Of a stretch of DNA of 64,000 nt, positions 45,788 through 53,670 are shown in pieces. This stretch comes from a virus, in IMG/VR virus record IMGVR_UViG_3300026488_000025, positions 1-64,000 of that record; one strand, 5' to 3'. Position 1 is the first letter of the stretch; each line of letters begins with the position of its first letter. Under the pieces are notes generated by a model. The model was not told where the DNA came from and did not search any database. It was given only the letters and a program-made list of their open reading frames with translations. Position numbers and translations under genes: made by a program.

Positions 45788-46822
45788 CTACAACCCATTA
45801 AGGAAATCCAAATCATCATCTGATTCAGTTGCTGGAACTGGAGTCGTTTGACCCGCGTCTGCATTGAGTGTTGTTTCGACTGGTGCACTAACAACTGGTG
45901 TTTCAACTACTGGAGTTGGTGTTGTAGTTACTGGTTGAACTGCTAGTGGGTCTATTACTGTTTGTGCAACTGTCGTAGTAGGCTCTTGTGCAACTGTCGT
46001 ATCGGCTACTTGTCCTAGTGTACTTGCAACAAGTTGCTTGAATACGATTGGGTCAAGAAGTTTCGGTGTGTAAGTTTCACAAACCCATTTAAGTGACTTA
46101 GCACTTTCTTCATAAGTTTTGAATGCTTCTGGTTGCTTGAATTCCATTAAATCAACAGCGTTCTCTGTGATGTCTTTGATAGCAGCGTCTGCATCAGCAT
46201 AAACTGAAGTTGCAACATCGATTGTAGTGTCATCATAATTGAAGAAACCTGACGCTTTCTTAATTTTTAGTTTGATGTTATTACCAACTAATGGATTGAA
46301 TAACTCTTTTGGAGTTTCACCAAGTGCTCTATCTTGCTCAGATGGATTAAGTGCTGCCATAAACTTATCGAAAAGTTTTGTACCAAATTTCCATAGTTTG
46401 ATTTTACCATTGTTCTCAGGGTTAGCAGGGTCATTAACTACTAAGATATTAACATAGTAATTCATTTTACGAGAGAAGTTTTTCGCTTCAGTCTTTGCTT
46501 CATCTGTACCTAGTGCATAGATTGCTCCCCATAACTTAGAGGCAGGACACGGCTGGTCGATTGTTTCAGGTGATGTGTTTAAGTACCATCTTTTTTTCTT
46601 ATTTACTGCATCCCAAGATTGAACTGCGTGTGAATAAACTTTAATGAAAGGTAAACCTTTTGGGTCTAATAGTAAGCGAATGATTGCTACACCGTTGTCA
46701 TTTTCATCTCTTGAAAGTGTCCAGAATCGGTCATCTTTGTATGATTTTTTTTCAGTACCTAGTGTACCTGGTGCGAGTGTTTTTGATAGTTCTGCGAATG
46801 ATTGATTGAAATCTAATGCCAT
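45788..46822 (-). CDS. Single-stranded DNA-binding protein (gp32-like)
   Basis: DDRFW, AIIR.L, NILVVNDPANPENNGK, GTKLFDK and acidic tail DDDLDFL. Confidence 0.9.
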   Translation of the reverse strand: MALDFNQSFAELSKTLAPGTLGTEKKSYKDDRFWTLSRDENDNGVAIIRLLLDPKGLPFIKVYSHAVQSWDAVNKKKRWYLNTSPETIDQPCPASKLWGAIYALGTDEAKTEAKNFSRKMNYYVNILVVNDPANPENNGKIKLWKFGTKLFDKFMAALNPSEQDRALGETPKELFNPLVGNNIKLKIKKASGFFNYDDTTIDVATSVYADADAAIKDITENAVDLMEFKQPEAFKTYEESAKSLKWVCETYTPKLLDPIVFKQLVASTLGQVADTTVAQEPTTTVAQTVIDPLAVQPVTTTPTPVVETPVVSAPVETTLNADAGQTTPVPATESDDDLDFLNGL

Positions 46823-46829
46823 TGTGTAT

Positions 46830-46975
46830 TTCTCCTAACGAAATCTTAACGAGTATCTTAAAGATACTTTTATACGAATGCCAACTTAAAGATGGCTTTA
46901 AACGAATTTTAACGAATGTCCTAAAGACAAAATTACTCTAAATAGTACTTCCTATAAGTACTTCCACGAATAATC
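46830..46975 (-). promoter_or_regulatory. Structured, repetitive 5' leader of the gp32-like gene
   Basis: Six ACGA (mRNA UCGU) repeats alternating with four short hairpins. Confidence 0.6.
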
Positions 46976-47156
46976 CAATGTCTATATACATATCTATTTA
47001 TAAACTTTATTTCTGAACATATTATATCAAGTTTTTACTTAATAACGATACGCTTATCAAAGATTCTAAACTTCTCGTTCATTCTCTTTGTGTACAGTAT
47101 TATAACAAAAAAGGACTTAATTTTTGTATATAAATACTATCAAAATGGAGAACTCT

Positions 47157-48065
47157 ATGGAATTAATCACCGAAGAAGAATTAAGAAGAATCGATGAAGC
47201 AACTACAATCAATGACCTTGTTAATACAGAAATACTAATTACTAGTATGGAAAGAATTGTACAAAAAGATAGTATTGCTTATCAAGTATCAGATATTAGA
47301 AAAATGGCAGGCCCAACTGGTCGTGTTAATGGATATTTAAGAGATAAAACATCAGATAAGATGATTGTAAAAACAGCACTTGTAGAAGCTGTGTCAAGAA
47401 CGATTAAATCTGAATTCACATTAGAAGTTCTTAAAGATAATGCAAGATTATATGGTGAAGATTTTCACGAAGTTCTTGCTTATTACTTCATAGATGAACT
47501 TGCTTATACAATCGATGCAGATTTTATCGATATGACTAAACTTGCTTCTAAAAAGAGTACAGCTTTATCTTTTGACTCTAGCTTTGATAATAACATTTAT
47601 GATGTTGTTACACAAGTTTTCGCTAAAATAAACAAAGAAAGAGTTGCACTTGCTACACGCTCTAAACGCCCACTAAAAACTTGGGCAGTTGTTTCACCAA
47701 ATATTGCTTCATTGCTTATGAATAACAGTATTCTTGCTCAAGATTTAGATAAAGGTGATTCAGGTGTTTCTCTTTTAGGTTCATTTGCTGGTATGGATAT
47801 CTACTTAGATAATACGCATACGGATGTAAAAGATTATGTTCTTTTAGGTGTTAAAGGAAATGGTTTTGCTAAAGGTGCTACGACTGTAAGCCCTTATGAG
47901 AGAACTTTCTTTACATCACAAGACCAATTATCAGGTGAGAGAAATTACTTTATGCTAGATAGAATAGCTATGATTCAAAACCCATCGGATACATTAGGTG
48001 ATGACCTTTCAAGTATGCTAGTGTCATTTGAGATAGATTTAAGCCAATTAGCGTTATACGCATAA
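47157..48065 (+). CDS. Capsid vertex / major-capsid paralogue (gp24-like)
   Basis: MAGPTG, VEAVSR.IKSEFT.E, AVVSPNIAS and SPY; late promoter at about 47129. Confidence 0.75.
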   Translation: MELITEEELRRIDEATTINDLVNTEILITSMERIVQKDSIAYQVSDIRKMAGPTGRVNGYLRDKTSDKMIVKTALVEAVSRTIKSEFTLEVLKDNARLYGEDFHEVLAYYFIDELAYTIDADFIDMTKLASKKSTALSFDSSFDNNIYDVVTQVFAKINKERVALATRSKRPLKTWAVVSPNIASLLMNNSILAQDLDKGDSGVSLLGSFAGMDIYLDNTHTDVKDYVLLGVKGNGFAKGATTVSPYERTFFTSQDQLSGERNYFMLDRIAMIQNPSDTLGDDLSSMLVSFEIDLSQLALYA

Positions 48066-48075
48066 GGAGATAGAT

Positions 48076-48198
48076 ATGTTAATTTTTAGTGAATTTGTAC
48101 AAGAAGGTACAGAAAGCAAAGAGTGTGATTGTGGTTGTAAGGGTGATGAAAGCAAATGTAAATGTGAAGATTCTTGCTCTTGTAGAACAAAAAAATAG
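48076..48198 (+). CDS. 40-aa cysteine-rich (metallothionein-like) peptide with capsid-targeting-like N-terminus
   Basis: AAGGAG RBS; MLIFSEFVQEGTESKECDCGCKGDESKCKCEDSCSCRTKK. Confidence 0.65.
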   Translation: MLIFSEFVQEGTESKECDCGCKGDESKCKCEDSCSCRTKK

Positions 48199-48213
48199 TA
48201 GTATATAGACATT

Positions 48214-48450
48214 ATGAATGCTCTATATGATTTGATATACGATTGGCTAGACAAAGATGCCAACTCTATTGATTTTTGGGGTATTATAGCCGATGAATAC
48301 GGCATATTTTATGAAGAAGGTAAAATAGATGATGTCGATGATTTAGTAACAAGGCTCTCTAAGAAGCAACTAAAGAAGTTTGCTAAAGATTATATTACTG
48401 ACCCAGCGAGAACCAGACAAAAATTAGGTAAATATGCCGACCTATTGTAG
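48214..48450 (+). CDS. Hypothetical protein
   Basis: ORF convergent with dda. Confidence 0.5.
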   Translation: MNALYDLIYDWLDKDANSIDFWGIIADEYGIFYEEGKIDDVDDLVTRLSKKQLKKFAKDYITDPARTRQKLGKYADLL

Positions 48451-48451
48451 A

Positions 48452-49789
48452 TTAGTTAGTCAATAAGACTAACTTGTCCGAACTCCTCGTAACCCCTACA
48501 TACATTAAGCGAAACATTAAATCATCTTGTTCCTTACTCTTACCCTGCATACCTTGAATATCTCTTACATCTAAGTAAACAGAACAAAAAGATGAACCTT
48601 GTAGTTTGTGTAATGTACTTGCATAATGGTACTTGATTTCAATAAATTCTTCTTTCAAAGCGAAGAACTCTTGCCATAATTCTTTCTTGAATTCACCCTT
48701 AGCCATCTTTGCATCGTTAGCTACTTTTTGAGTAATACCATAGAAGTCTTGCTCTGAAGATGGGTCTATGATGTCAATACTTTTGTTGTCTTTATCGGCA
48801 CATTTCCAGTAGTTAATCGTTTGACCTTTCATCTTTTTAGAACTTTTTATTACTCCCATTAACTCAACACTTTGTCCATTACTATGAACCATTTCTTTTT
48901 GTGTACCTTTATCAATAACATTTGGTTGTTGTAGTACAATAGTGTCACCAGGTTCTAAGAATTTCTTATCAGGGAACATAGTTTTTCTGATTCCAAAATT
49001 GTAAGTATTCACCAAACTGTTTGTAAATGAACCTACAATTTTTGTAGTCAAAGTATTACTATCAGTAGCATAAATATTTAAGAATTCTCCTATCTCTTGG
49101 TACATAGGGATATCAGGATGTCTAGCAAGAATCTTACTGATTGGTGGGTATTTTTTCAGTTCGATACATCTTCTAAGGTCTGTAGCAAGTTTAATTAATG
49201 GATTATCTTTTGCTTGTCTAACGATTTCTGTTAGTTCGTATGAGTGAGATTCTGGTAGTTCGTGCATCTTACCTGACACTACGGGTAGTTGGTATTTATC
49301 CCCTACTAGCAGTACAGCTTTGACTCTTCCCGAGTCGATAGCATCTTCTACATACTCGAACAACTCTGAACCTACCATCGACTTCTCATCGATTATGAGC
49401 AAGTCACATTTCATTTTCTTGATACCAGGGTCTGTGTTCACTTTAAGGACTTGTTTACCAGTATTGTAATCATTTTCGATTTTTAGTTTAAGGAATGAGT
49501 GTATAGTACTTGCTATAATTTCATCTTCTGCTCTTTTGTCGCCTGTATTGTATTTCTTAGCAATATTCTTAGCTACTTCAAGTGAAGCGTGGGTAGGTGT
49601 CGTAATGGCAATCTTCCATCCTAAGAACTTGAAATAATTGATTATATAGAGTATAGAGAAAGTTTTACCTACTCCGGCACCACCAGATAATTCAACAATA
49701 CTATCTCTAGTAATGTCCATATCTTTGGCTTCGATGAGGTCTTGAATGAGAGGCGTAACAACCTCTTCTTGGTGTGTAGTTAGTTCCAT
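48452..49789 (-). CDS. dda: Dda-like SF1B DNA helicase
   Basis: GGAGVGKT, TPTH, TIHSFL, IIDE.SM, VGD.YQL, IVRQ, STLHKLQGS and YVGVTR. Confidence 0.9.
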   Translation of the reverse strand: MELTTHQEEVVTPLIQDLIEAKDMDITRDSIVELSGGAGVGKTFSILYIINYFKFLGWKIAITTPTHASLEVAKNIAKKYNTGDKRAEDEIIASTIHSFLKLKIENDYNTGKQVLKVNTDPGIKKMKCDLLIIDEKSMVGSELFEYVEDAIDSGRVKAVLLVGDKYQLPVVSGKMHELPESHSYELTEIVRQAKDNPLIKLATDLRRCIELKKYPPISKILARHPDIPMYQEIGEFLNIYATDSNTLTTKIVGSFTNSLVNTYNFGIRKTMFPDKKFLEPGDTIVLQQPNVIDKGTQKEMVHSNGQSVELMGVIKSSKKMKGQTINYWKCADKDNKSIDIIDPSSEQDFYGITQKVANDAKMAKGEFKKELWQEFFALKEEFIEIKYHYASTLHKLQGSSFCSVYLDVRDIQGMQGKSKEQDDLMFRLMYVGVTRSSDKLVLLTN

Positions 49790-49842
49790 TAGTATCCTTT
49801 ATGTCGTATTATAACATAAAAGTACTTAATACATTTTAGTAC

Positions 49843-50187
49843 TTAGTATCTACTTGGTAAATCTTTTTGTGTCTTCATTGGCCCAAAATTAAAATATTTC
49901 TTACCACTGATTCTTACGGCGAAATAATAAGCATAAGCAGCAGTTCTATTCCAGATATTACTAAACCAATTCGATGCTCTTTCTGCATCTTCTAGCATAG
50001 CATCTAAAAATGATTTGTCTGCATATTTTCTGTCTTTGTTCTCACCACCTCTCCAGTAGTAAAAGTCGTGATGATTACAAGATGCCTTGAAGAAGAATTG
50101 TGGAGGCGTAAAACCCATTCCTTTACCACCACATCCGTTAGTGATTTCTGATTTTTGTTTATCTGTTAATTGACTGTATTTTAGCAT
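49843..50187 (-). CDS. DUF1353/PLA2-like late protein
   Basis: NGCG...CNHHDFYY...R..AD..F...YYFAVR..G. Confidence 0.65.
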   Translation of the reverse strand: MLKYSQLTDKQKSEITNGCGGKGMGFTPPQFFFKASCNHHDFYYWRGGENKDRKYADKSFLDAMLEDAERASNWFSNIWNRTAAYAYYFAVRISGKKYFNFGPMKTQKDLPSRY

Positions 50188-50236
50188 ATTATATACCTCC
50201 GTATTTAGAGATATTTATAGAAGGAGTGTATTATTC

Positions 50237-50516
50237 TTAAAAATTAGATTGAATCGTTTATGATGTTTTCGTTTACTGGCATCTCCGAAGAGAACATTAT
50301 CAATTTAATGCCGAAGGAACCATCTATTTGCTCATAGATAAGACACATTTATTTGATATGTGTATCGAGTTATTCATTATCATAACTGAAAAGTTGAACT
50401 CATTTCGATGCTTATAGCATCAGGCTTTGTCTTCAACTCTGACTGTAACAGCTTCCATTTAAGTTTCCTTAATAATTAAGTTTGATGTATTCATAAACTG
50501 TAATTCTAATTTTTAA
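50237..50516 (-). ncRNA. Candidate Y-RNA-like ncRNA 3 (about 280 nt, multi-hairpin)
   Basis: Closing stem with the conserved internal-loop motif, about 8 internal hairpins including UUCG and GAAA tetraloops; late promoter at 50542-49. Confidence 0.65.
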
Positions 50517-50575
50517 CAATAATAATTTAAAGAAGTATCATTATTTATAGACCCGATAAGAGGTCTATTTAAGTA

Positions 50576-50647
50576 TTAAACTTTGCACTTACCAAATTTA
50601 CGAAGCAATTTACAAAGTAAACAGTTCTTACGCATCCAATTTAACAT
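50576..50647 (-). CDS. 23-aa basic Cys-containing micropeptide
   Basis: AAAGGAG RBS; MLNWMRKNCLLCKLLRKFGKCKV. Confidence 0.45.
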   Translation of the reverse strand: MLNWMRKNCLLCKLLRKFGKCKV

Positions 50648-50661
50648 AGTTCTCCTTTGTA

Positions 50662-52185
50662 TTAAAGTTTGATTGCTAGAATCTCATCGATTAATGCGTT
50701 TGAGTTTTTCCACATCTTCGGAATTACGCTTAACATCTTGTCCGAAAATCCTGAAACTTCCAGAATGTCATTAGATAATTTCATTGGTGTGTCACCGCCG
50801 TATCCTTGAAGATTCCAGAATAGTATCTTAACATTTGGGTTGATTTTTCTATATGCTGTTACTGCTTGTTTGAATGAACCTAAACTATTTGATTGCATAT
50901 CTGTTAGGATAACAATTTTATCTACGAATGTTTTCGTTTTCACTAAATCTGCCATACTAGCATTAAGATTTGTACCATATCCTTGTGTGTTTGTTCTCTT
51001 AATGAAATCGAACGGAGAACCACTGATATCCACTCTACGAGCATTGTCTGCCCATAAGTAACCTAATGTTTTGGTTTTATCTAATCCCACTAACATACTT
51101 GCCATTAAAATCTTACCGATTTTGAATGGGCTCATTTCTGTAGCACTTGAACCCCATCCTGAACTACCCATTGAACCTGACTCATCTAGTAACAGTGCTA
51201 CACTCTCACCTTCATCAACGATTGGGATATTCTTTGCTGAAATAATGAAACCTGCTTCGATACCATCTAATAGTTCTTTTTGTAAGATTCTATCGAATGA
51301 CATTGCTTCTACTGCTTCTGCTGCTTGAATAAATCTGAATGGAAGTACCATAGATTTACGACACGCTTTCTCATTTCTGAATAACAATGAAAGTTTTGTA
51401 ATCATTGCTTGTCTATCTGATTGGTCGAAACCATCAAGAGTTTCTAAGATATTTTTAAGGTTTTTAAGACCAGCCATATATCCTAGTTTTCCTTCGATTA
51501 ACATACTGAAATAGTTTTGAGCTCTTGATTCACCAGTTGATTGAGCATTAACTGTTTGAGCAGTAACGATGTTCTCTAATGTTCCTTCGATTAATCTTTT
51601 GAATACATCTGTATCTTTTGCTTTACCTTTTGCTACAAGAGTTTCTGGATTTGGACGAGCAAGTTTAACGATGTCACGAAGTTTAATCTTACCTGAACCA
51701 CCTGAATATTTCTTTAATTGATACTCATCAAATTTTGACTCAAATACATCTTTGATTGCTCTACGAAGAGAATTTGGAATCATTTTACCTTTATTGCGAG
51801 TATTGAATAAAGCAACCATTTCCATAGCATCATCAGGTCTTACAATAGTTTTAGTAAGAGCACTTCTTAAATAATCAGTACCTTTAACATTTTCTGCTAA
51901 GATAGCACCCATTATATGTGATACAGTTCTAAGATTACCTTCATTACGAACATAAACTGCTGCTTTTGCTGCGAACTCTGAATCGCCTTCAGCAACCATA
52001 CCTATAATACGATTGATTCTATCTGATTCTGATTCGTAATATGAATTACCATTTACCATACTTGATAAGATAACTGAAGCTAACTCTTTACGAGCATCTT
52101 CATATTTGTATGCTACACCACCTGCTAAGTTTGTAGTTTCTGCTTTTTTCTCTGTTTGATTGATTGTTTCGTTGAATTTTGCCAT
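50662..52185 (-). CDS. Ro60/TROVE-domain RNA-binding protein with vWA domain
   Basis: TNLAGG.AY, KAAVYVR...NLR, FDEYQLKKY, LPFRF, MIDAS DESGSM, GT and LTD.Q. Likely start 52185. Confidence 0.9.
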   Translation of the reverse strand: MAKFNETINQTEKKAETTNLAGGVAYKYEDARKELASVILSSMVNGNSYYESESDRINRIIGMVAEGDSEFAAKAAVYVRNEGNLRTVSHIMGAILAENVKGTDYLRSALTKTIVRPDDAMEMVALFNTRNKGKMIPNSLRRAIKDVFESKFDEYQLKKYSGGSGKIKLRDIVKLARPNPETLVAKGKAKDTDVFKRLIEGTLENIVTAQTVNAQSTGESRAQNYFSMLIEGKLGYMAGLKNLKNILETLDGFDQSDRQAMITKLSLLFRNEKACRKSMVLPFRFIQAAEAVEAMSFDRILQKELLDGIEAGFIISAKNIPIVDEGESVALLLDESGSMGSSGWGSSATEMSPFKIGKILMASMLVGLDKTKTLGYLWADNARRVDISGSPFDFIKRTNTQGYGTNLNASMADLVKTKTFVDKIVILTDMQSNSLGSFKQAVTAYRKINPNVKILFWNLQGYGGDTPMKLSNDILEVSGFSDKMLSVIPKMWKNSNALIDEILAIKL

Positions 52186-52251
52186 TGTGTTCTTTCCTTT
52201 GTTTAATTCTCTTACGAGATAATGTTGAAGTGTCCTCACTTCACCTTGTGT

Positions 52252-52400
52252 GTTCTTTTAGTAATATTAGATGAAATCTACCAAGATGTCATTCCCGAGG
52301 GAATGTTGTGGTTTGACCCACGAGTTCAAATTAAGAGTTTGTGTGCTGCAATCAGCGCGATGTAATCTGTGGTATGTAATTCTAACATTACTAAAAGAAC
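52252..52400 (-). ncRNA. Candidate Y-RNA-like ncRNA 1 with tRNA-like arms
   Basis: 20-bp closing stem, conserved internal loops, and inner D-like, anticodon-like (CUCUUAA) and T-like hairpins. Confidence 0.7.
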
Positions 52401-52498
52401 TTAGAAATTTTTTGATGAAATCGAATTTGATGTATATGTGTAATTCAATTAATTTGCGATGTAATCAAAATCTGTAATTCAAAAAATTTATAAGTTCT
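52396..52498 (-). ncRNA. Candidate Y-RNA-like ncRNA 2 (minimal)
   Basis: Same internal-loop motif with different, compensated stems; starts just after the early promoter at 52510-52536. Confidence 0.65.
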
Positions 52499-52610
52499 CT
52501 TTGTTCGTAGATGTATTATAACGAAAGTTTACTTAATTTTTGTGTAATTAAGTATTTTCTATCCATCTTTCTTTTCTTATATGTATTTATATAGACCAAA
52601 AGTCTATATA

Positions 52611-53366
52611 CTACTTATGTTTACACTTATCGAAATGCCATTGTTTCATTCCATTAATCTTTCCAGACTTATTGCAGTGAGGACAAGTAACTGTCTCTCT
52701 ATTCTTAGCACTATCACTCATTTGTTTCTTAGTACAATCAGAGTGTTCTTTATCTAAGAATGGTTTAGAAGATATTATAACTCCATCAGCATATAGTTTT
52801 TTCATAAGTTTGGATTGTTTCTCTTTTCTTTCCTCTGAATGTTTCTTGCCTAGACAAGGATGAATCTCTCTATTCTTAGCACTATCACTCATTTGTTTCT
52901 TAGTACAATCAGAGTGTATCTGATTGTACATAGGATTACCAACACCTGCTTTTACTTTTCTCATCTTATTTTTTGTTTCTTCTGAATGAGATAGATTAAG
53001 ATTATATGTTTCATAATGTTTTGAATTATACTTTCCTGACCCATTCATTCTTCTAATTGCTTTACTCATCTTTCGTTCACCATAAGTATAAGAGATAGAT
53101 TTGTAGTGTTTCCAAATAAGTATATGACATATAAAGTGCTCTCTAGCGGTAAGAAGAATGCTATTCCATTTATTAGACCTTAGGTCACCATATTCAGGAA
53201 ACATAGATTCGGGTAGAATATGGTGATTCTCAAAGTATATATACTCATCTTCAGATTTTTTAAGTTTCTTACGATTCTCATTTTGGGCATTGTTTATTAT
53301 GCTAAGGTATAATTTGCCATATTTGGTTTCTTGTTTAAGGTGTGATTGTATTTCTGTAAGTGTCAT
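52611..53366 (-). CDS. HNH homing endonuclease (MobE-like) with NUMOD3 repeats
   Basis: ENHHILP...LTAREHFICH; duplicated HSDCTKKQMSDSAKNRE; terminal CPHC...WHFDKC. Confidence 0.85.
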   Translation of the reverse strand: MTLTEIQSHLKQETKYGKLYLSIINNAQNENRKKLKKSEDEYIYFENHHILPESMFPEYGDLRSNKWNSILLTAREHFICHILIWKHYKSISYTYGERKMSKAIRRMNGSGKYNSKHYETYNLNLSHSEETKNKMRKVKAGVGNPMYNQIHSDCTKKQMSDSAKNREIHPCLGKKHSEERKEKQSKLMKKLYADGVIISSKPFLDKEHSDCTKKQMSDSAKNRETVTCPHCNKSGKINGMKQWHFDKCKHK

Positions 53367-53385
53367 AGAAGACTCCTATAATAAA

Positions 53386-53467
53386 TTATAAGAGTTGATT
53401 TCCAGGTCTGTTACTTATTATGATATAGACCTGGAAGAGTATATCATAATAAGTAACACTCTTATTA
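53386..53467 (-). ncRNA. Structured endonuclease leader, copy C
   Basis: Late promoter 53472-79 (-); 19-bp stem 53440-58/53409-27; loop 53428-36 complementary to 53400-08; outer ATAAGAG/CTCTTAT. Confidence 0.75.
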
Positions 53468-53474
53468 TCTGTAT

Positions 53475-53660
53475 TTATATAGTACTATTCTTTGACTCAC
53501 TCAATAACTCTTCTAAATCAGATAGAGCAAATTCGTATCCCTCTAATAAACCTTGAAGATAAGCATCATTATATTCATTATTACTTTTACTTATACCTTC
53601 ATTGGTTACGCTTACCATAATTCTATAAGAATCAATCAATTTTTCAAGTTTCTCGTTCAT
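53475..53660 (-). CDS. Small hypothetical protein (likely start MNEKLEKL)
   Basis: AAGGA RBS upstream of 53660. Confidence 0.5.
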   Translation of the reverse strand: MNEKLEKLIDSYRIMVSVTNEGISKSNNEYNDAYLQGLLEGYEFALSDLEELLSESKNSTI

Positions 53661-53670
53661 ACTTTTCCTT

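Noticed and set aside
52290-52356. Bona fide tRNA-Lys gene
   Set aside because: No acceptor stem or CCA and a non-canonical T loop; treated as a tRNA-like module.
52271-52477. 68-aa plus-strand ORF upstream of Ro60
   Set aside because: It overlaps the covarying RNA stems and has no RBS; the structured RNA explains the region better.
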